Of a stretch of 64,000 nucleotides of DNA, positions 7,580 to 15,626 are shown piece after piece. The stretch is taken from positions 1 through 64,000 of the IMG/VR virus record IMGVR_UViG_3300048839_001249; one strand, written 5' to 3'. The translations under genes and the position numbers were made by a program. Numbering within the stretch: position 1 is the first letter of the stretch; every line of letters starts with the position of its first letter. This stretch comes from a virus. The notes below the pieces were generated by a model. That model was not told the origin of the DNA, ran no database searches, and saw only the letters and a program-made list of their open reading frames with translations.

Positions 7580-7771
7580 TTAACTATGTGCATGTGTTTT
7601 TTCTTTAATGGTTTTGTTGTGAGGACAGTCTTGATCTTGTCTAATTTTTGAAGGATGATGGCAAATGTAATCTGAAGACGTAAATGTTTTTTCAGACTCA
7701 ACAAATTCTCCATACACACAATCCATACATATTTGACTTTCAGGCCAACGAACTACTTTGATTGTATCCAT
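7580..7771 (-). CDS. small Cys-rich protein
   Basis: CMDC...C...C pattern; likely start MDTIK. Confidence 0.65.
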   Translation of the reverse strand: MDTIKVVRWPESQICMDCVYGEFVESEKTFTSSDYICHHPSKIRQDQDCPHNKTIKEKTHAHS

Positions 7772-7861
7772 AATTGTAAATTTTGTTTTTTGGCTATTAA
7801 AAAAAAGAGAGAGCATGAAATTAATCACACTCTCTTTGACAGTTATGTTTACGACTTTAGG

Positions 7862-8500
7862 TTAGTCTTCCTGGACTTCCCAGCTTTCAGCAAGTTCAAG
7901 TTCAGCTTCAACACTGACAGGCTCACTGCCTAATTCGGCAATGATTTCCTTGCTTCTGTATTCGGGGGTTGTGCCACGTAAGTCCTGATCTTCTCTGTGT
8001 TCTTTCCAGAAAAAGATTTTCCTGTACTGCACACGACCTTCAGGATCAAGGATGATTTCACCTTCTGATTCATGGCCTGCAGGATACCTGAGTACCTGTG
8101 CATTGGCGATGGTATCCAGTGTGATCAGTTTGCGGGAAATTGCGTTCTTCTGTGAATTGGTAAGGATAGGACTGTTGCTCAATACCCTGTAAAGGGTAGC
8201 TTTTTCGGGGATTTTGTCCTGTACATCTTTTACTGTGGTGTTTTCAGGCACATCAATCCACGCAACTCTGGTTTCTTCTGATGTAAACTCCTGCGGTTTT
8301 ACATCAAAATCATCCATGCTAAACACATTCTGTTGCATATCATTGCTGATCTGCATGCCGGGGTATTTGCTGGTTGTGATCACTTTTTGCCTGAGTTCTG
8401 CGGTAAGTGTATGGTCTTTTTGGTAATTGCCTTTGCTTACCAGTGTACACTTTACTTTGCTGCGTTTTTGTGTCTTCACGACATTACTTTCTGTTGTCAT
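7862..8500 (-). CDS. conserved hypothetical early protein
   Basis: 212-aa ORF with higher GC3 and an acidic C-terminus; a hairpin follows at about 7804-7837. Confidence 0.8.
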   Translation of the reverse strand: MTTESNVVKTQKRSKVKCTLVSKGNYQKDHTLTAELRQKVITTSKYPGMQISNDMQQNVFSMDDFDVKPQEFTSEETRVAWIDVPENTTVKDVQDKIPEKATLYRVLSNSPILTNSQKNAISRKLITLDTIANAQVLRYPAGHESEGEIILDPEGRVQYRKIFFWKEHREDQDLRGTTPEYRSKEIIAELGSEPVSVEAELELAESWEVQED

Positions 8501-9136
8501 TTTGTTTGTTTTTTAGATTGTTTAAATTCATTGATTAAGACGTTGATTAATATAGGATATTTTAATTTCCCTACCAAAATAAGATAGGGTTTGAATTTTA
8601 GTTGACGGGTAAAAGGCTATGTATAAACATAGAGATAAAAATGAAGATTTGTACAAATGGTCTGAAACACCTAGTTTGGGCTCTATGTCTACTCTCGCAA
8701 GGCTTTCAAGCCCTCAACAATTTTCAACAAAGTGTTTGTTTGAATTTTTGTTGACGGTAATCAGCACACAATGAAGGATCATTCAGGTTTATATGAATAA
8801 TCTATCACGAAAATAAGATAGGGTTTTAATTAAAAGTAAGAGTTTGCTTTCAATCTCAATGGTTACTACTGGAAGAAAAAGATGGGCTACTGGCATTAAG
8901 ATAGGGTTTAAATCTCAATACCTTATTATATAGGCTTCAAATTTCAATATTGATAGTTGCTCCTGAAAGAAAAAATATGTGAGCTTGGCAAGCCTCCAAT
9001 CAATCAGCTAAGGTTTTCCCCTGCACCCCTTTCCAAAATAGTAGTTGAATGTTAGTTTTGGTTTTGGTTTATTAACTCCTAATTTATTGTCTAGTAGTTA
9101 AGTATTATATTAATATGAGTGGGGGTGATGGCTGCA

Positions 9137-9168
9137 CAAAGCTAAGCTTTTAAATAATACGTGTCAAA
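9137..9168 (-). promoter_or_regulatory. Bacteroidetes sigmaA-type promoter
   Basis: TTTG (9168-9165), 20-nt spacer, TAGCTTTG (9144-9137): matches the -33/-7 consensus. Confidence 0.65.
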
Positions 9169-9209
9169 TTTATTTTGTTAAAAAATGTTAAATTTATTAA
9201 CAATTGAAA

Positions 9210-9230
9210 AGGAAGGCTATTAACCTTCCT
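9210..9230 (-). terminator. intrinsic terminator
   Basis: AGGAAGG/CCTTCCT hairpin with a T-tract on the minus strand, after the 9236 stop. Confidence 0.55.
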
Positions 9231-9235
9231 GATTG

Positions 9236-9397
9236 TTAGTTAATCCAAAATATGACTCTGGGTTTCCTTTCTCTTTGCTTGAGTACTCTTGCATTATTAA
9301 CTATTGTTCTTAATTCTCTTGGTGTAATAGGTTTATTACCATAAGTATCAAGGTAAATGTTAATGGCTTTTTCTAAATAGTCAAAGTCTGTTTCCAT
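9236..9397 (-). CDS. small hypothetical protein (53 aa)
   Basis: Hand translation METDFDYLEKAINIYLDTYGNKPITPRELR...FWIN. Confidence 0.6.
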   Translation of the reverse strand: METDFDYLEKAINIYLDTYGNKPITPRELRTIVNNARVLKQRERKPRVIFWIN

Positions 9398-9428
9398 ATA
9401 TTTAAGTTTTAAGGTTTATAAATAGAAA

Positions 9429-9445
9429 GAGGGCAATCAGCCCTC
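9429..9445 (-). terminator. intrinsic terminator
   Basis: GAGGGC/GCCCTC hairpin after the 9452 stop. Confidence 0.55.
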
Positions 9446-9451
9446 AACTGG

Positions 9452-9586
9452 TTATCCCCAACTGGATGATCTTGAGAGTCTTCCAAACATCTGTTCAATC
9501 TCTCTGTCAATCTTCTTCTCAACTATAGCAACTATGGTTGCTTTAGCTTTAGCTCTGCTGTTCTCAAACTGTTGTTTCCTTGTCAT
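9452..9586 (-). CDS. small hypothetical protein
   Basis: Likely start MTRKQ, just downstream of the repeated leader. Confidence 0.6.
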   Translation of the reverse strand: MTRKQQFENSRAKAKATIVAIVEKKIDREIEQMFGRLSRSSSWG

Positions 9587-9656
9587 GACAATATAATTAA
9601 AGGTTAGTACTGGCACTAAGCAAGGGTTTGAATTAAAATTAACTGCTAAAAACAAA

Positions 9657-9674
9657 GAGAGCATTTCTGCTCTC
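9657..9674 (-). terminator. intrinsic terminator
   Basis: GAGAGCA/TGCTCTC hairpin with a T-tract on the minus strand. Confidence 0.55.
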
Positions 9675-9688
9675 AGTGTTAAGCTGGT

Positions 9689-10099
9689 TTACCGGGGTGC
9701 ATAATAGGCTACCAGTGTTTTATTAGCTGCATAATAGTCCTTCATGGCTTTCTTCAATGCTTTCTTGGCATCTGTTGTATTAGCGAATGGACTACCTGCA
9801 ATAGGCTCATCAATGAACAGGACAAGGTATGTCTTGTCAATGTAATCAACAAACCACACATCATCACCATTATCATTGGTAACAACATGAGATGCTTGTT
9901 TGCCTTTGACACTTGCATCCACCAGTTCATTGATAGCTCTGGTAATGCTTACCGATTTCAATGTCACACTAGCAGTTTCACCATCCAAATTGACTGTTAC
10001 ATATTCATTGTCAATTTGCTGTGCACTTACAGGTGACAACAACGAGAAAATTGCTATCATTGCAATGAGCAAGAGTAGCCAACCGATTGCTTGTTTCAT
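9689..10099 (-). CDS. exported early protein with signal peptide
   Basis: MKQAIGWLLLLIAMIAIFSLLSPVSA-QQ: signal peptide followed by Gln at +1. Confidence 0.75.
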   Translation of the reverse strand: MKQAIGWLLLLIAMIAIFSLLSPVSAQQIDNEYVTVNLDGETASVTLKSVSITRAINELVDASVKGKQASHVVTNDNGDDVWFVDYIDKTYLVLFIDEPIAGSPFANTTDAKKALKKAMKDYYAANKTLVAYYAPR

Positions 10100-10166
10100 A
10101 GTTGTAAAATGTTTAAAGGTTAGTACTGGATATAAGTAAGGGTTTGAATTAAATTGTATAAAGAAT

Positions 10167-10194
10167 AGCAGAACACGATGATCTGTGTTCTGCT
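10167..10194 (-). terminator. intrinsic terminator
   Basis: 10-bp stem AGCAGAACAC/GTGTTCTGCT after the 10201 stop. Confidence 0.6.
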
Positions 10195-10200
10195 TTGGGA

Positions 10201-10464
10201 TCATTTAACACGCAACCATCTGGTAGTGTACTCTTTGCCGTCTTTCCCTGTAAAAGGGTCGGATTCACTGATTTCCCATTGGTTGAGGTCAATCTCTACT
10301 TCCATACCAACAGACAATTCGTTTCTGCTCTTTGTGCAATAACGATGTTCTTCATTGCCACTACGCATAATACCCAACGGGGTATTGATTGCCTGTGACC
10401 ATGTGTTGATAAAACCACCATTTGAGGAAGGTGTCACCTTTTCAAGAATGAGAGTTGTTGCCAT
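10201..10464 (-). CDS. small beta-rich hypothetical protein; first gene of the leftward arm
   Basis: 87-aa ORF downstream of the motif copy at 10506. Confidence 0.75.
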   Translation of the reverse strand: MATTLILEKVTPSSNGGFINTWSQAINTPLGIMRSGNEEHRYCTKSRNELSVGMEVEIDLNQWEISESDPFTGKDGKEYTTRWLRVK

Positions 10465-10801
10465 AACTGTCAGATTTTAGGCATCATGTTGCAATATTGC
10501 GATATTAAGTCAGGGTTTGAACTAATTAATGGTAAGTAGTATATGCAGGTTGCAAAGTGTGACAAGGTATGCATTAGAGTAGCTTTCCAAAAGGTACAAT
10601 GATTAGGTTATGTGATAGGATTCATTGTGTGGAGAGACAGTGAGCTTGTTGTGGTTTCATTGGTGGGGGGGTACACAGAAAACCAACGATGATAGGGCGG
10701 GGTTTGAATCAAGGGCATTCATCCTCTCACAAATCTCCAACAAATTTTTAACCTCCAAAAAATTTTTTAGAATTTTTAAATTGAAAAATATTTCAGATTT
10801 T

Positions 10802-10834
10802 TTTGGATTATTATTCATTTTAATATTAACTTTG
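10802..10834 (+). promoter_or_regulatory. Bacteroidetes sigmaA-type promoter for the rightward arm
   Basis: TTTG 10802-10805, 21-nt spacer, TAACTTTG 10827-10834; ATG at 10852. Confidence 0.7.
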
Positions 10835-10851
10835 TGTCAAGATAAAAAACT

Positions 10852-11202
10852 ATGATAAAAAAGGAAGTAAGACTTACAAGGGATGCTTATTATGCAAAGC
10901 ACCTTGCAATTATCAATCCAATGCTACCAATATCATTGACACCAAAAGAAATAGAAGTACTTGCATCCTTCATGTCACTAAGCGGTGATATAGCAAATGA
11001 CAGATTTGGAACTACAGCACGTAAACTGATAATGGACAAACTATCTATTTCTATCAGTGGATTGGGGAACTACCTTAAAAGCCTGAAAGACAAAGGCTTT
11101 ATCAAAGGAAATAAAATCTTACCTATTTTATTTCCAGAAGAAGAAATACAAGATTACAGATTTAGACTAATTAATTTGACAGACTCAAAACCAAAATCAT
11201 GA
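10852..11202 (+). CDS. winged-helix DNA-binding protein
   Basis: LTPKEIEVL...LSISISGLGNYLKSLKDKGFI, a MarR/wHTH-like pattern. Confidence 0.75.
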   Translation: MIKKEVRLTRDAYYAKHLAIINPMLPISLTPKEIEVLASFMSLSGDIANDRFGTTARKLIMDKLSISISGLGNYLKSLKDKGFIKGNKILPILFPEEEIQDYRFRLINLTDSKPKS

Positions 11203-11342
11203 AAAAAACAAATACAGTATTTGAAGAAACTGGAACATTTCCAAAACCCATTAAAACATGTCCACATTGTAAAAGAGTATTTACTAAAACAGAAGCAAAA
11301 ACACCTATATTTTGCTGCCAAGCTTGTGAGGAAGGATATTAA
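11199..11342 (+). CDS. small zinc-finger protein (47 aa)
   Basis: Hand translation ...CPHCKRVF...FCCQAC; ATGA-coupled to the previous gene. Confidence 0.65.
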   Translation: MKKTNTVFEETGTFPKPIKTCPHCKRVFTKTEAKTPIFCCQACEEGY

Positions 11343-11358
11343 CAGAAAAATTATCATT

Positions 11359-11760
11359 ATGAAAAAACACAGGACATACAAACATAAAAAGATAGATCAT
11401 CATCCTACAAAATGTACTGGTGGATTAATGGAACAAATACAAGATCAAACTTTATACTATAAAGGTGGTATTACTGTAGAAGAATTTGATAAATGGATAG
11501 CTAATGTTCTTTATTCAAGAGAAGATAATCTTGAAAAAAAATCATTAAATTCTAATTTTAAATTCATACGTAAAACATTATGGGAATCGTCTGTTATTTG
11601 TCCTGAATGTAAAACAGAAATGAACAAAATGAAATTCCAACATCATAATAATGTTGATGTTTATCAATGCCCATCATGTTTATACTGGACTACATTTGAT
11701 GAATGGTATGAAATACATCTTGATAATCTATCAAAAAGGCAATTAGAACAAAATATCTAA
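11359..11760 (+). CDS. protein with a C-terminal zinc ribbon
   Basis: CPEC...CPSC; ATG 11359 preferred over the track's TTG 11221. Confidence 0.65.
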   Translation: MKKHRTYKHKKIDHHPTKCTGGLMEQIQDQTLYYKGGITVEEFDKWIANVLYSREDNLEKKSLNSNFKFIRKTLWESSVICPECKTEMNKMKFQHHNNVDVYQCPSCLYWTTFDEWYEIHLDNLSKRQLEQNI

Positions 11761-11761
11761 T

Positions 11762-12124
11762 ATGGCAAAAGGTGATGATATAATACAGCAATATTATGAC
11801 TATCTTTGTTCAAGAAATGAACAACCAGATATGACATTTGAAGATTTCAAAGTTATATGCCAAACCCCATTCATTCATCTCAGGAGGCAAATGTCAGATG
11901 ATGTATTACCTTTGATTAGATTCACTTATCTTGGATCATTTATGGTATTACCCGGAATGATTATTAAGATGGCTGGATATAATCAAATGAGATTTGAAAA
12001 GAATCTTATTACCGAGAAACAATACACAAGATATATGAATTTGCTATTTAGTTACGTAAAAGCAAACAAAGAGCATTTTAAAAAACACATGGACAAACTA
12101 CAACAATGGAAGGATTATTTATAG
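11762..12124 (+). CDS. hypothetical protein, possibly HU/IHF-like
   Basis: IRFTYLGSFMV resembles the HU/IHF beta-arm base. Confidence 0.65.
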   Translation: MAKGDDIIQQYYDYLCSRNEQPDMTFEDFKVICQTPFIHLRRQMSDDVLPLIRFTYLGSFMVLPGMIIKMAGYNQMRFEKNLITEKQYTRYMNLLFSYVKANKEHFKKHMDKLQQWKDYL

Positions 12125-12666
12125 TAGAAGGTACAAGAATTTTACCATCACCTGAATTATTACTAATTGATGAATTCAGATATATATGGGAAAATTACGA
12201 AAAAGAATTGGCAATTGATATTATTGCTTATGCATATTTTATGGTATCTCAATCTTCACGTAATATTTTTATTGGCTACAAAGAAGAATTAAGAAGTGAA
12301 AAGATACTATCACATCTACCTAGTGGTGTAGAAATTAATATATTAATGACAGAAGAAAAACTTAACATCAATCCATTAATTGATACACTAGATGAATTTC
12401 AACAAAAAGCATCACCATCATTAAGATTCTATGAAGCATCAATGCATGGTGCTGAAAAGATGATTAGTTTCTTTAATAGTTTTGATTTTGGTGCGAGAAC
12501 AAATCAGGGAAATGCTGTTTATAAACCAGCAGATATTACAAGAGCATTAAAAGAAACAGCAGAAGTATTAAAAACATTACAAGGACTTCGTGATAAAGTA
12601 AGACAAGAATTACTGGAATCATCAAGAGCAACAAAACAAAGAAGAGTTAATCCATTTGAACGATGA
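12106..12666 (+). CDS. conserved crAss-like protein (terminase small subunit candidate)
   Basis: Helical, with YKPADITRAL and a coiled C-terminus; lies upstream of TerL. Function is inferred. Confidence 0.65.
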   Translation: MEGLFIVEGTRILPSPELLLIDEFRYIWENYEKELAIDIIAYAYFMVSQSSRNIFIGYKEELRSEKILSHLPSGVEINILMTEEKLNINPLIDTLDEFQQKASPSLRFYEASMHGAEKMISFFNSFDFGARTNQGNAVYKPADITRALKETAEVLKTLQGLRDKVRQELLESSRATKQRRVNPFER

Positions 12667-12824
12667 AATACAAATGTGTAAAATGTAAAACAGTATTCAC
12701 TTATAAGGGATGTTATGCAAAATTAAAATGTCCAAAGTGTTACTCAAGAAATGTACTTTCTGTACAAGGATATTCAAAATTAGAAAAAAATGGAGGACTA
12801 GCAATACTAACACAAAATGATTGA
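12663..12824 (+). CDS. small zinc-ribbon protein (53 aa)
   Basis: MKYKCVKC...LKCPKCYSRNV; ATGA-coupled. Confidence 0.65.
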   Translation: MKYKCVKCKTVFTYKGCYAKLKCPKCYSRNVLSVQGYSKLEKNGGLAILTQND

Positions 12825-13206
12825 ATGGACATTAAAACGAGAACCATCAACTGAAATACATACACAAGGTGTATTAACATTGAATGATGGAACAACTCTT
12901 TTTACACTGGAAGATGTAGAAAGAGATAAAAAGATAAAAGGAAGAACTGCAATACCAAAAGGAAAATATGAAGTAGTGTTTACCTACTCAGACAGATTTA
13001 AAAAGAAACTACCACTATTGCTAAATGTTCCAGGATTTGATGGGATAAGAATTCATGCTGGAAATTATCATTCTGATACAGATGGTTGTATATTAGTTGG
13101 TACAACAAGAAACGAAAATGGTGTATTCTCTAGTAAGTTAGCAATGACTATATTAATAAATTTGATAAAAACAATAAACGATAAAATTTATATTAATATA
13201 ATATGA
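12817..13206 (+). CDS. DUF5675-family protein (L,D-transpeptidase-like; endolysin candidate)
   Basis: TAIPKGKY, GFDGIRIHAGN and DTDGCILVG (His...Cys). Confidence 0.8.
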   Translation: MIEWTLKREPSTEIHTQGVLTLNDGTTLFTLEDVERDKKIKGRTAIPKGKYEVVFTYSDRFKKKLPLLLNVPGFDGIRIHAGNYHSDTDGCILVGTTRNENGVFSSKLAMTILINLIKTINDKIYINII

Positions 13207-13511
13207 TCATACTAAAATTAAAAACTTACTACATACCACAAGATTCGTCAAAAGAATTTATTGATGATATGATAGATAATGGTAGTTCAAGAAATGATCT
13301 TCTTGATGAAGGTTATATTTATATTAACATTGACCATATTTGTGCTTTTAATGATGCCAATATGTCAAATGAAACTACTGTCAGATTAACAAATGGTGAT
13401 TGCTGGCCTATACCAATGTCGAAAACAAGACTAATAGAAAAAATGAAACTAGCATTAAAGAAAGAAGGTGAATCATTAAATGTTATAGAATTACAAGAAG
13501 ATGCAAGTTAA
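13203..13511 (+). CDS. hypothetical protein
   Basis: 102 aa, coupled to neighbours. Confidence 0.7.
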   Translation: MIILKLKTYYIPQDSSKEFIDDMIDNGSSRNDLLDEGYIYINIDHICAFNDANMSNETTVRLTNGDCWPIPMSKTRLIEKMKLALKKEGESLNVIELQEDAS

Positions 13512-15624
13512 TGCTCTAAAAAATTCAGATGGCATATTTGTCAACACAGAAGGACTAAGAGAAGAAGCATTACATTTTCTCAAGTATGGTTACTATTGTG
13601 CTGATCCATGGGAAAGTCCTGCATGGACTCAATATTGGGAAGAACAAATTAACAGATGTATAAATGGTTATTCATCTGGTGGTTTAAAAATAACAGGAGA
13701 CCATTATGGATATTTGAATTTTGGACAAATAAAATTAACAAAAGAATTTGAAGATTTAGCAGAAGCAGTAGCGTCAAAAAATACAAGAACAAGAACTGTA
13801 GGAAAAAGAAAAGGTGCAGCTAAAGATGTTACATTTCCTAGTTTTTGGGATTTAGATTATAATTATTTCTGGACACTAGATATTGCAAGATGGGGTGCAA
13901 CAATTGAAGAATATGAAGCACTAGGATTAGAAGTAATAATAGAACCTGATTATCTTAATGGTGGCTGGCACATGATTGTAGGTAAATCAAGACGTAAAGG
14001 ATTTAGTTACAAGAATGGATTCTTACTTGCAAACAGATATAATACTGTTAGAAATTCAGTATCAGTAGTAGGTGCTTATGTAAAAGAATATATGTATCCA
14101 GAAGGTACAATGAAAATGGCATCTGATTACATTAACTTCTTTAATGAATATACAGGGTGGGCAAAAGCAAGAGAATATACTGATAAAGTAAATCATAAGA
14201 AAGCCTCATTTGCAGAAACAGATGATAATAATATTACAGTAGAGAAAGGATACAAATCTACAATACTTGCTTTAACATTTCAAAATAATCCTAATGCAGC
14301 TATTGGTAAAGATGGTACACTTGTATTATTTGAAGAAGCAGGTATGTTTCCTAATTTAAAAGAATCATACACTAAAACAAGACCTACACTTGAAGATGGT
14401 ATTTATACTACAGGTCAAGCAATTATATTTGGTACAGGTGGTGACATGGAAAGTGGAACAACTGATTTTGCTAATCTTTTTTATCATCCAAAAATAAATA
14501 GATTATTACCTTTTAATAATATATGGTCTCCAAAAGTAGCACCAAATGTTAAATGTGGATTTTATGTTCCTGACTACTGGTGTAAGCCGGGATTTATTGA
14601 CAAACATGGTAATAGTGATAAAGTATCTGCATACGAATATGAATTAAAATATAGAAAAGAACTTGAAGAAGAAAGTAACTCAACAGACTTTCAAAACTAT
14701 ATCCAACAATATTCTTTCACACCAGAAGAATCATTTCTGGATGTATCAACTAATGATTTTCCAGTTATAGAATTAAGAAATCAGCTTAATAAGATTAACT
14801 CTGAGGGATTATTTAAGAAAAAAGCACAACCTGTTGAATTATATTGGGATACAGAACTTCAAGCACCATCAATGAAACCTGATCTTTCAAGTAAACTTTC
14901 ACCAGTAAATGCATATCCACCAAAAGATACAATGGATAATACAGGTTGTGTTGTTATCTATGAATCTCCAATACCTAATGCACCAAGAGGATTATATAAA
15001 GCAGGATATGACCCATACAGACAAGATCAATCATCAGGAGCATCATTAGGTGCTTTTTATGTTTATAAATCAAGAAACAAATTTTCATATTCAGGTGATA
15101 CAATTGTAGCTGAATATGTAGGAAGACCAAAAGATTTTGATACATTTAATAAGAATGTCATGTATCTTGCCATGATTTACAATCTTGAATTGATGCATGA
15201 AAATGAAGTACTTGAAGTAAAAAATTATTTTAGACAGAAAAAAAGATTATATCTTTTGGCTGCACAACCTGATGCTGTCATATCTAAAAACATTAAAAAC
15301 TCAAAGGTAGCTAGGGTTTATGGTATTCACATGACAGAAAAATTAAAGGATGCAGGAGAGAAATATATAAAAAAATGGCTACTTGACATAAGGGATTGGG
15401 ATGAAAATGGAAATAAAGTGTTAAATTTGGAAAAAATTTATTCACCCGGATTAATTGAAGAATTGATAGCTTATAATAGAAAAGGTAACTTTGACAGAGT
15501 TATGGCTTTTATGATGGTCATGTTCCAGCTACAGGAAGAAGAAGAAGGAAAAGAATACGAAGAAAACCAACAGCACAGTACTGCTCAACAATTACTTGAA
15601 CTTCAACTATTTAAAAGAAATTAA
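13501..15624 (+). CDS. terL: terminase large subunit
   Basis: GKSRRKGFSY ATPase motif, LFEEAG Walker B, GTGG, GYDPY and NFDRVMA nuclease motifs of crAss-type TerL. Confidence 0.93.
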   Translation: MQVNALKNSDGIFVNTEGLREEALHFLKYGYYCADPWESPAWTQYWEEQINRCINGYSSGGLKITGDHYGYLNFGQIKLTKEFEDLAEAVASKNTRTRTVGKRKGAAKDVTFPSFWDLDYNYFWTLDIARWGATIEEYEALGLEVIIEPDYLNGGWHMIVGKSRRKGFSYKNGFLLANRYNTVRNSVSVVGAYVKEYMYPEGTMKMASDYINFFNEYTGWAKAREYTDKVNHKKASFAETDDNNITVEKGYKSTILALTFQNNPNAAIGKDGTLVLFEEAGMFPNLKESYTKTRPTLEDGIYTTGQAIIFGTGGDMESGTTDFANLFYHPKINRLLPFNNIWSPKVAPNVKCGFYVPDYWCKPGFIDKHGNSDKVSAYEYELKYRKELEEESNSTDFQNYIQQYSFTPEESFLDVSTNDFPVIELRNQLNKINSEGLFKKKAQPVELYWDTELQAPSMKPDLSSKLSPVNAYPPKDTMDNTGCVVIYESPIPNAPRGLYKAGYDPYRQDQSSGASLGAFYVYKSRNKFSYSGDTIVAEYVGRPKDFDTFNKNVMYLAMIYNLELMHENEVLEVKNYFRQKKRLYLLAAQPDAVISKNIKNSKVARVYGIHMTEKLKDAGEKYIKKWLLDIRDWDENGNKVLNLEKIYSPGLIEELIAYNRKGNFDRVMAFMMVMFQLQEEEEGKEYEENQQHSTAQQLLELQLFKRN

Positions 15625-15626
15625 TC

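Larger units (their letters stand above)
8580..10708 (-). promoter_or_regulatory. repeated motif TT(C)AAACCCT-NN-CTTA (6 copies plus 1 degenerate), putative phage-RNAP early promoters
   Basis: Copies at 8580-8595, 8814-8829, 8897-8912, 9617-9632, 10133-10148 and 10506-10521, with a degenerate copy at 10693-10708; all in the same orientation, upstream of leftward genes. Confidence 0.65.
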
